From IMG/VR virus record IMGVR_UViG_2881155292_000002: a stretch of 64,000 nt of DNA; one strand, given 5' to 3'. Source of the DNA: a virus. Positions 17,083-27,600 of this stretch are shown one piece after another; the stretch's first letter is position 1; the number at the start of each line of letters is the position of its first letter. The notes under the pieces were generated by a model, which searched no databases, had not been told where the DNA came from, and saw nothing but the letters and a program-made list of their open reading frames with translations. Position numbers and translations under genes: made by a program.

Positions 17083-17619
17083 ATGCAGATCAAAATGCGG
17101 GCCGTACTGAGCCAGGCTGAGCTCGAGGAGGCCGTGCGCCTGTTCGTGCGTCAGGAGCTCCCGTCGGCCACCGACCAGAACATCACCGTCACCTTCGAGG
17201 ATGACAAGGACGGCAACCTGACCGCGGCTGTCGACATCGACAGCGCTGATGGTGGCGAAGCTCCGAGCCAGAAGCCGAAGACCACCCGCAAGAAGGCTAT
17301 TCAGGGCGCCAAGGACGCCACTGTGGTTGCTGAGCAGGCTTCCGAGGAGAAGCCGGCCGAGACTACCGCCAATGTCCAGGAAGAATCGGAGAGCGCTGCT
17401 GACGCCTCCAAGGATCTGCCGTGGAAGGAAGATGCCGCCGGCACCGACCAGCCGATCGTCAAGGAAGACAAGCCGGTGACCCAGCCGAACGAGATCCCGG
17501 CCGAGACCACCAAGATCTTCCCGGATGCGGTTTCGTCGGCTGCACCGTCGGCACCGAAGCCCGACACGGCTGCCGCTGCCAAGTCGCTCTTCGCCAACCT
17601 GACGAAGCCGACCCAGTAA
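17083..17619 (+). CDS. hypothetical protein with acidic/Ala-rich low-complexity C-half
   Basis: GAGG RBS; ends 'AAKSLFANL', similar in style to the SSB tail. Confidence 0.75.
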   Translation: MQIKMRAVLSQAELEEAVRLFVRQELPSATDQNITVTFEDDKDGNLTAAVDIDSADGGEAPSQKPKTTRKKAIQGAKDATVVAEQASEEKPAETTANVQEESESAADASKDLPWKEDAAGTDQPIVKEDKPVTQPNEIPAETTKIFPDAVSSAAPSAPKPDTAAAAKSLFANLTKPTQ

Positions 17620-17622
17620 GCC

Positions 17623-17790
17623 ATGGCGGTCATCAAGGCGCTGCTCATTGCAGCGCTGGTCACCTTGGGATTATTCATCATAATCGTGTGGATAATCCCA
17701 TTAATGACTTTCCTGTTAATCTTCGCTGGTATAGCGGTTATCGCCTACGGGATTCTCAGGGAAGACAAAGCGATCAGCAGGCCCCCCTAG
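17623..17790 (+). CDS. small membrane protein (55 aa, 2 TM)
   Basis: Translated by hand: MAVIKALLIAALVTLGLFIIIVWIIPLMTFLLIFAGIAVIAYGILREDKAISRPP. Confidence 0.65.
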   Translation: MAVIKALLIAALVTLGLFIIIVWIIPLMTFLLIFAGIAVIAYGILREDKAISRPP

Positions 17791-17802
17791 AGGGGGCCTT
17801 TT
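17779..17802 (+). terminator. intrinsic terminator
   Basis: aggccccc-ctaga-gggggcct-ttt. Confidence 0.7.
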
Positions 17803-17817
17803 CATTCGGGGAAACCA

Positions 17818-18102
17818 ATGAACCTGTATCACTGGGCGGCCGCCAGCTGCCTCAAGGAGTATTCGGCCGGCGACATCATCGTCATGGCCGAGACGATCGA
17901 GGATGCTCGACAGAAGGCCTACAGACACGCCGATATCTGGATCAGAGATCAGCGGGCCTGGTGGTTCAACTTTGACGGCTCAATCGACCGCGAGATGTGG
18001 CAGGACAGCTATGACGGCTTTTATCGCCTGCTCAAGGAAGATCTGGCCCAGGAACCAGACTTGATAACCCCTGGTGTCGTCTTCATTCGGGGGTCCGAGT
18101 GA
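17818..18102 (+). CDS. hypothetical protein
   Basis: ORF coupled to the next gene (GTGA overlap). Confidence 0.65.
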   Translation: MNLYHWAAASCLKEYSAGDIIVMAETIEDARQKAYRHADIWIRDQRAWWFNFDGSIDREMWQDSYDGFYRLLKEDLAQEPDLITPGVVFIRGSE

Positions 18103-18350
18103 GCGGAAACAGCTGCCGGCTCGGCGCCATGAAGGATGCCAAGATCGGTGTCGCAGCCATCTGCCAAGAGAAGGCCTACGTCGTCTTCAACAATGGCGTC
18201 CAGTTGCCGATCACCCGCTGGCTCAATGCCGACAAGCAAACCTGTCACATCGGCGAGGAGCCTCGCCATTACGAATTCGGAGATGAAGAACACGGCTATG
18301 GCACAGGCAGTTACGACGCCTATGACATGCCGTCCTGGGAGCACCACTGA
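18099..18350 (+). CDS. hypothetical protein
   Basis: Coupled ORF; possible distant paralogue of 55097..55369. Confidence 0.6.
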   Translation: MSGNSCRLGAMKDAKIGVAAICQEKAYVVFNNGVQLPITRWLNADKQTCHIGEEPRHYEFGDEEHGYGTGSYDAYDMPSWEHH

Positions 18351-18655
18351 TGCAAGTTCCACTGCCTTGGTCGCCGGCTGACCGCTATATCGTCCTATCG
18401 CCCAGCCAGAGGATCGCCCGGGATATTCTCTGGGTCGACCATCAGATCAATCCCAGGCTACCGATCCTGAGATTCTTCGGTCGGGTCGATTCGCTCCGCG
18501 GCTATCGCAACATGCCGGTCCTGACCCTGGATCCTCATCTCGAGTTCCGCCAGAGAGACCGTGACGAGCTCAACATCCTGTTCGCCTATAGCAACATCCG
18601 GAGCTGGAAGTCCGAAGACTTCCAGCATCTCAAGGATCTCAGTGGATCAAATTGA
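18350..18655 (+). CDS. hypothetical protein
   Basis: TGATG coupling; overlaps the vRNAP end convergently. Confidence 0.55.
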   Translation: MQVPLPWSPADRYIVLSPSQRIARDILWVDHQINPRLPILRFFGRVDSLRGYRNMPVLTLDPHLEFRQRDRDELNILFAYSNIRSWKSEDFQHLKDLSGSN

Positions 18656-21600
18656 TCCAGGGGTTGAGCCGGAAGGCATGCAATCCCATGCTCGGGCCGA
18701 TCGAGTAGCCCAGCTTGCCGTCATTGAACAGCGCCAGCGCATTGTCGGCCACCGGTGAACCGATGTCCCCGATCAGCGGGAAGTTGGGCACGGCGGTCAT
18801 CAGCAGCGAACGCAACGGGTTGTGGCGCAACATGTAGGCAGCTTCCTTCATGATGCGGAGCTTGTAGTTGTAGAACCACAAGAGACCCATGCTCTCGAGA
18901 TACTGACGGCCGCGGCCGGCGAGCTTGTTGTAGTTGACGAACGCCTCGTTGACCTGGGCGATCGCCTCATGCTTGCCGACCTTCTTGCGGCCGCTCAGGT
19001 GGTCATAGAGGATCGCCTTGCCGACGAAGTCGCCATACTGCACCGCACGAGCCAGGCCCTGGAACAGCGCCGTGTCGCGCGTGACCAGCGCATAGCGGGC
19101 CGGGGTCTTGAGACCATCGGGCAGCGAGTTGACCTTGCGCTCGACATAGCTCTGCCATTTGCCGTCGGCGATCGCCAGATCCTCGGCCGTGACCTGGCCA
19201 TTCGAGATGGCCGAGAACTCGCCTGCCTCGATCAGCGGCCAGATCGACATGCGCTTGTAGCTGTCCTGCAGCGAGCGGATCTCGGTCTCGAGCTTGCGGA
19301 TGGCAACCAGGTCATTCTTGCCCTTGGCCGCCCTGAGCTCTGCCTCGGCCGAGATCTCGCGGCCGCGGCGCTTGATGTAGGCATTGATCTCGGCGGTCTT
19401 GGCCGGAACACCCTTCAGCACCTCACGAAGCGGGACACCGCGGTTGAGCAGCTGGAACATGTTCGAGACCATGTTGGCCGCCGGCACGATCACCGACTTG
19501 ACCACGATCAGGGTCTTGGCATTGGCCACCACCGACTGGATGTTCTTTTCCGAACCAACCAGGATCGAATAGGCGTTGTTGCCAAGGATGCCGGCAGCGA
19601 GCTTCTCGAACTCGGTGGCGACAGTCGGCTTCCACCGGGTCTTGCCGGTGAACAGATCTCCGACCGAAGCCTGGCGGGCGCCGAAGGTATCGAGCAGCAT
19701 ATCACGACGGACCCAGAACTGGTCCGGCCCGAACACCTGCTTGATGTAGTCGCGGCTCTGCTTCGGGATCAGGCGTTCAGCCTCGATCAGGATGCGATCG
19801 TCGGTCCTTGGATCGAGTCTGGCGATGTTGACGAACTCGTTCCTGCGGCCTTCACGCTGGCCTTTCTGCCAGAGCTGATGCAGCGTGTCGACGAGCTCCT
19901 CATTGACCTGCTTTGCCAACAGCTCCTCGACCTGGCGACCACGCCAGACACCGATCATCTGCGCCAGATCCGTCGAACGGTTGAGGCTGATCAGCTTGCT
20001 GGGATCGGCCGCACGCTCGAAAGCCACGATCCGGCCGGCATTGTCGTAGACCGGCAGGAGATTTTCCCTGGTAGCCGTCTGGTTCGCCAGCTGGCGTTCG
20101 ACCAGGCGCACCATCTGAGCGTCGTCGATGCGACCGGCCATGACCTCGCCGACCGTATAGCCGGTCTCGGGATCGACGCCCGAAGCTGTCTGATGGACGG
20201 TCTGCAGCACACCCTGACTGAACGGAGCCCGACCGGAGACCGGTGCGAAATAATAAGACCGGTTGCCGAGCACACGATCGGCAGAGGAACCAGTGTAGGC
20301 TGACAGGCGCTTGTAGCCGCGGCCTACCAGGTGAGCATGCTCGCTGTCGGAAGCGATGAGCAAGGATCCGCCGCTCTGGTTCTCCGAAGGGATATGTCCC
20401 TTGTAGTGATTGAACAACGCTGCCGTGGTTGAGCGTGCCTTGGCGAGCTCATCCGTGCGCTGGCCGACCAGGTAGTTGTTGACGAACTCGACACCATCCT
20501 TCTGGTTCCGGATCAGATCAGCGACCATGTCCCTGGATTGCTGGTCCGTCTGCTCGATGGCATAAAGCGTGACCAGGCGGTCGAGGTCATCGACCATCGA
20601 CTGAGCCGGCGTCAGGTTCCTGACACCCGCAACCGAGAAGGCAGCAATCGCATGAGCATTCCGAAGGAGCTGTGGGCCGTGTTCCCCGGTCACCATGAAG
20701 TGAGCGAGCTGCTTTGCTTTCACCAGGAACCGTTGATCGTAAGTCTGTTCAAGGGCCTGAATTTCGGCATTCCGGCGGGCTTCACTGCTTACGAGCTCAA
20801 GGCCACCCACGATCCCGTGGCGCCCATGGAGTGCCGCGAGATCCGTCTTTCCAAGCACCTTATAGAGTGCGGTCCACTGGGCAGCTGACACCGGCCGGGT
20901 GAAGGCACTGGCCAGCTTCTCCGGGAGCAGGTCACGGAACTGCTGACGGGTCTGCTGCACCTCGGCCCGGACCTTCGAGATCATGTCGAAGACCGGCGCA
21001 TTCTCACGGGTGCGGCCGACGACATCGGCAACCAGTTCCTTGATCGGGTTCAGACCCTCCCGGCGGTTGAGCCAGGAGACGACACCGAGAGCTGCCTCTT
21101 CGGCCCGAGCCTCGTTGATCATGGTGGCCGCGGCATTGACCAGGCGGGCGCCGGCGCGAACGACAGGGCTGCTGCTGGTCTGCACGACCTGGCGGCTCTT
21201 CAGCACGGCCTTCTCGCTCAGGTTCTGCGCCGCATCGGCGACGTAGTTGTTGAGCTTGTCGAGACCGTTCTCGGTGGTGCGCTCGATGAAGGTCCGCTGG
21301 TCGCCGACGTTCTCGATCATCGCCATCATCAGGCTGTCGAGAGCATCGCGGACATTGGTGTCGTTACGCTTCTCGCCCGACAGAACCAGGGAGAGCCGAT
21401 CCATGCCGGCGTTGCCCAGGTTGTCGATCGCCGCGTCCAGCGTCTTGGCATTGTCCTTGATCGTCTCCGGCTTCTTCATGCCGGCGAGGATCTTGCGGAA
21501 CCTGTCACTGGTCATGGCGAGCGAGATGAACGAGCTCATCAGCGAGGACCGGCCATGCTTGTCGGTCTCGTTGATGTAGAGGCCGTTCAGCGCATCGAAC

Positions 21601-24600
21601 ATCTGCTGCGCATGGTAGGCGTCAGCCTGGTCGTTCGGATCGTTGTTCTCGCGGAAGTCCGTGACCTTCAGCGACTTGATGACGTCGGCGTAGATATCCT
21701 CCATCCGCGAAAGCGAATTCGGGTTCAGCTGCACCTCGGTCGCCAGGGTCGCCTGGATCATGGTGAAGGTGGTCCACGCCTGCATGTTCCCGAGATCCGG
21801 GAAGTAGGCAGCAAACGACGTGGCGATGTCGGCGGCCGACTGCTTGGCATCATCGAGCTCACGAGCACGAACCAGGCGCTGGTGATGACCGGTCAGATCC
21901 TGGCCGCCCTCGTTCATCCAGGCAACCACCTTCTGGCTCAGCCGCTGGCGGATGGCCTTCAGCCGATCGCTGGTGCCGAAGTAGCGGGACTGGTACAGCG
22001 CCGTCGTGGCGAAGTCCTGCTTGAGCAGCTCCACCTGGCTCGGCGTAGCCATCAGGATCCTGGTGTTGAAGCGCAGGTTCGACAGGATCGAGTCACCAAC
22101 GCGAGGACCTTTGTTCTCGCCACCCCAGATCAGCGCCTTGAGCGCACGAAGCGCATCGCCGACGATCCGGAACAGCGGGTTCTTGACCTTGGTCTTCTGA
22201 GCCAGCGTGGCCAGGTTCTCATTGCCCAGCACCCAGGCCATGAACTCGTTCAGCGCCTGAGCGTCACGACCTGCACGCTGATGCTGCAGGATCGCATTCT
22301 CGGCCGCACGGCGGGCGCCATAGCCGGCTGCATTTTCGTTGCCATAGTCGAGAGCGAGCCACTCATCCATCAGACCCTCGATGCGGGTGATCGCATCACG
22401 CTCTTCCTTGGAGAGCAGCGTCGGGTCGGCATAGAAAGCGTTCACCTTGTCGAAGGTGGCGGCGTGGATCAGCTCGTGGACGATGGTCTCGGCCGACTGG
22501 TTCGGGATGAGGATTATCTTGGAAATCGGATCGTATTTTCCAAAGAAATCCTGATCGCTCGGGGTAGCCCGATCAGCGTTGTAAACACCTTCCCAGGCGC
22601 GCAGCTGGGCACTGTTGCCCAGCACCAGACGATGTTCGGACTTCTCCAACAGCTTCACGGCCTGGCGCATCATCTCGCGCTGGACCGGGGTCAGCTTGTT
22701 GTAGAGCGACTTGAACAGGCCGGTCAGATCCGAGCCAGTGAGCACACGGGCACCGGTCTCATCTGCAGCACCGACTTCTGCGGCCGCGGTCAGAATGGTC
22801 TCATCCCCCTGCTCGATGGCGGTCTTGCCGGCTTCCTTCAGCCGGGACTCGGCGAGCAACTCTTGGTAGCGGGCATTCATCGCTTCCGCAATGGTCGCAA
22901 GATCGGCTTCCGGATCCAGCTCGACCGAACCTTCGTTGACGAACGGGCTCTCGGAGCTGGCCATCTGGTCGACCGAAAGCGGGAACTCGGCATACACTTG
23001 CCGGCGGATATCGGTCTGCTCGGCCACCTGGTTCAGCTGAGCCAGGACCTGCTGCATGTATTCCTTCGCCTCGTCCGGCGTGAGCAACTCTTCCGGCTTA
23101 AGTTCGAACTTGCCGGCCTTGGCTTGCGAAATCTCCTTCAGAGCTTGGTTCTGCGGATCGTTCAACGCACCGCCGGGGAACAGAGCTTCCACCGGGCTGT
23201 TGCGCAGGAACTCGGCAAAGCTGTCAGCGACCGAACGCACCGGATTGGTGTTACTCGTCCAGGTCTTGAACACAGCCTCGTTGACGCCGCGGGAATAATC
23301 CTCGATGGCGTCGGCCGGCATGTTGAGACCGTCGAAGACGTGCAGCACACGGTTCGCTGCCTCCTGGTTCTGAGCCAGGAAGTTGAGCATCATCTGACCA
23401 TCGCCCGAGCCAACGGTGAGCGTGGGGATCGAGCTGACGCCTGCCAAGGTCGGGCCATAGACATAGGCCGGTGAAGACAAATCGCCCGTCAGCGAGCGAG
23501 CAAAGCTCTCCGGCATCGGGATCTCATATTCCTTGCCGTCGATCGTGATCTTGGAATGGATTACTTTCTCGCTACCGTCCGGCTGGATTTCAGTCCGGGT
23601 CAGAAGATCCGACTTTTCACCACCCGACAGGAAATAACCTTGGGTCTTGGTATCGATTATCGGAGAATATACCTGCAGATTTTTCAGAATATCATCCAGA
23701 TCTTTCTGCGACAGGAATTCCCCCTTGTTGTAGTCGTACTTCGCCGGGTCGCCCTTCATCAGGGCGATGCGGGCAGCAATCTCCTGGATGAACATGCCCT
23801 TGAGGATGATCGACTGCAGCTGGGTAGCCTGCTGGATCGCACCGGTGGTCGTGTCGACGTGCTGGGTCACCTTCTCCTGGATCGCATCCCGCATCGGGTC
23901 GACCAGGAACATCTTGATGTTGTTACGCAGAGCCTTCAGCTGCTTGCGATCGAGCACGAAATCATGCGGATTGACGACGAGCTCAGCCGACTTGCCGGAA
24001 ACGAAATAGCCTTTCTTCGGATCCTTACGGACCTGCCTGGAGACCAACTCCTGCAGGTCATCGAGGATGACGGGCAGATCGTTGGCCTGCTTGCCGGGGA
24101 TCGCTTCGGACAGCTTCTCATAGACGGCGCCGATCAGCTCATCAGCGATCTTGCCGGCAATGCCGTTGGCTCCGGAACCATAGATGGTGATGGTCAGCGG
24201 GTTCTTGGTGAGACCGCGCTTGATGGTGAGCGAGTCACCGTCGACCGTCACGTTGGCATCGAGCGCTCCCAGGAGTCGCTTGAATTGCTGGAACAGCGCA
24301 TACGCTTCCGGCGCATCGGCAGCCAGGGTCTCGTTGAGATCGGCCATATTCCGTTCGGTCTTGGTCGAGCTGTCCTCATAGAGGTCAATCTTGTGGAAGA
24401 CGCCATCCTCGGACTCGCTATTCAGCGTCTTGCCGAGACGGCCGAAGAACACACCACCCTTGGAGATCTGCTTCAGCCATTGCGGCGTGATCGAGCCAGT
24501 GGCCCACAGCATCAACGCATTGATCGGACCGTTGGTCTTGCCGTCAGCTTCTAGATAGTTGGCCGTTTCGAATGCCGACAAATCCTGGCCCTGATCCCCG

Positions 24601-27600
24601 GCGTTCTCGTAACGAGCCAGGGTGAGTAGGGAATGGATTCCATGCGGCTTGAGCTTTGCCGCCTGCAGCAGCTCGAGCGTGCTGGCCGGAATAGGACCCT
24701 TCTTGTCGAGCCAGATCTTGAGCTCTTGAACCAGGGGACGAAGTTCACCGCCCTCGGTCATGGCCGTCTTGATGACAGCCTTGACGACGTCAGCCCGGAT
24801 TGCCTTCTCAGGCTTGACCCCGGTCTGGTCAGCAATACCCTGGCCGATCGTCATCAGGAACTTGCCGAAATCCGATTCAGAAGGATCCCGTAGATCCAGC
24901 TTGGTTCCGGTCGGCATGAAGACCTCACGGGCGAGCTTGTCGGCCTGCGGGTTGGAAAGACCAGCCATTTGCAGGCGGCCCAGCTTGTTGACGTGGTGCT
25001 TGTAGTAGGTCGGCGCATTCTCGCCGTGCCGTTTCACCGCGGCCATCTGCTTGGCGACGTTGTTGAACGAGTTCACCAGCTGGCGCTGCAGACCCTTGAC
25101 CGATTCCCAGTGGGCCTTGTTGAGGCCCATCTCGGTATGCTTGCGGTCGAGATCGCCCTTCTTGTAGGGGCGCTCGCTGAGCAGCGAGACGAAGGCTTCC
25201 TCGCCCAGGGCCTGGACGAAGTCAAACACATCATGGTTCGGGAAGTAGGGGGTCTTCTGGACATTGGCCAGCGCCTGCTTCTGCTGGTCCGTGGTCTTGA
25301 CCGTCGGATTGCGCAGCTGGGTGCCGTCGACTTCCGTCACCGGTTCGCCGATCGAGTAGCTTTCGATCTCCTTGGTCTTGAAGGCCAGGTCGGCAAGCAG
25401 CTCGTGGGCGCCATCCAGGCTCTTGATCAGCGCCTTGACGTCACTGGTTCGGACATCGAACCAGACGCGGCCGAACTCCTTGTTGGAGACGGCCGGGAAT
25501 TTTTCCATTCCCAACTTGATCAGGCCAGCAGCCTCGAGCCCGTGCAAGAGTTCGGCCGCAACACCTTCCGGGATACCGCGGGTGAAATCTTCTTTGACTT
25601 CACGATTGGCTTCGACGCCCCAGAATTTGCGGACATGCTCAGCCAGGGTACGCTTCGCAATGTCGACAGAGGTGCCGCGGTTGAAAGCGGTCACCATGTC
25701 ATCGCTGACATCCTGTTCATCGATGCCCATAAAGCGGGCGACATCGCCCCTCTGAAGCTCTACCGATCGGTCAGCCAGGTTGAGCGCCCAGTCAAGAGCA
25801 GCGATAACTGCCGTCTGCATCAACTGGGGGTCATAATCCTCCATGTTCTTTTCGAGCAGGTTGAGGACCCGGGTCTCTTTCCAGCGCGTGACTTCAGTGC
25901 CAGCCTCCATTTTGGCCTTCAGGCCGTCTTCCGCCATCTTGGCATCGAGGCGGTCGTACATGTGGCTGAGCGCCTTATTGCCCAGAACCAGGAGACGCTG
26001 GAAACCCTTGAGATCATCGGCCGTGATCTTGCTCACGTCGAGACCTTCCGCGAAACCGGACACAGCACGAAGGCTGCCCAGCATACGGTAGAATGCCCGG
26101 AGCGGTGCTTCAGTCAGGTCGAGCATCCGGGAGTTGATCGTCTTCGGCAGCCGGAACGCTTCATGGAACCGGTTGCGGCCTTTCGGCTGAACCAGGTTGG
26201 GGAATGCCTCGGCCATCGTCAGAGCCGGGCCGGTGTCTTCCGTGGCTTCGACAAGATCCAGGACCCGGCGATCGGCAATCTGTTGTGCCGTCGGGGCTTC
26301 GGCCGGAAAAGCGTCAGCGCTTTCTTCGGGTTGGGTCTGCTGAGGAACCGTCTCGGCAACGGGTTCCGCGTCCACCTCGACAGGAGCCTCTACAGGCTCA
26401 ACCTTCACAGTTTCTGCGACCGGCTCCTCGACAACAGGAGCAGGCTCGCTCACTTCCTGAGTTGACGACTTCTCAGTCTCACCGGTAGATTCCGTCTTGC
26501 TGACCTCTTCCGCAGGGGTTTCTTGGCGGACATCCCTGGCGGGCTGAGCAGGCGGAAGGGGAAGCTCCACCTTCGCATTGTTGGTCTCTGACGTGGTAGC
26601 CGGAGATTTGACAGGTGCAGGTGTCGAGCTTCCCCTGTTTTCATCCAAATTCAGAGCCGGGATCTCGAGCTCGGGGATGCCGAACTCCGGATATTGCTTG
26701 GCGATGTCGTTGGCCAGCTGGCTCGTTGCCAGTGCCTCGGCATGGACCTTGCGGGCGAAACGCTCGGAGCCGGCATTGCCGACACGCACACCAACCTTGT
26801 GGTAGCCATCGGCCGGCAGGAACTTGTCATCTGGACCCAGTGCCGAATAGGCCACGTTCTGCCCGTCGCCATTGGCGATCGAGGTGTTGAGCGCCACGAC
26901 CTTGTTGCGCATCGAGCGAGCGAACAGCGCCAGCCGCTGAGCCTTGCGGCGAGCAGTCTGGACATCACCCTGGGCGATGGCCTGGTTGATGCCGGCGACA
27001 TGATCCCGGAGCGAGGTCTGGTGACCCTTGACGCCGCCATCGGTCTCGATCTGGCGGCCGACGAAGTTCATCCGCTCGTCATGCGCCTCGGTGAGCTTGA
27101 GCTCGTCCTGGAGATCCTGCGCCTGGTTCTCGACCGGGCCAGCCTCGGGAAGCCGGTTGCGAGCCTCATAGAGCCGTGCCGAGTTGAGCAGCGAGGTTGC
27201 GCTGCGGATCACGCGCTTCTGCTCCGGGGTGAGCTGGATGGTGCCCTCATCCGCCTGGAACAGGACCTGCTCGGCGACATTCGGGTTGACCGCCTGCGGA
27301 GCGACCTGAGCCACGTTGACCAGGTTGGAGACGATCTGGTGGCCCTGCTCGGAATTCATGTCGACCTGGGAGAGATCCTGGTCGGGCATCTGCATCTTTT
27401 CGCTGGCCCACTCGATGGCCTGCTTGACCTGCGGAACCTGAGCGATCTCCTGCAGGATACCGGCGTAGCTCTGGAAGCGCTGGAAGTCCTCGCTGTCATG
27501 CGAGACCTTGTCCATGAACTCGGGGAAATCCTCGAGGAACAGCTTCTTGTTGTCCTGGACGGCCTTCAGCACGAAGGCACCGGCAGCGGTGCGATCTTCC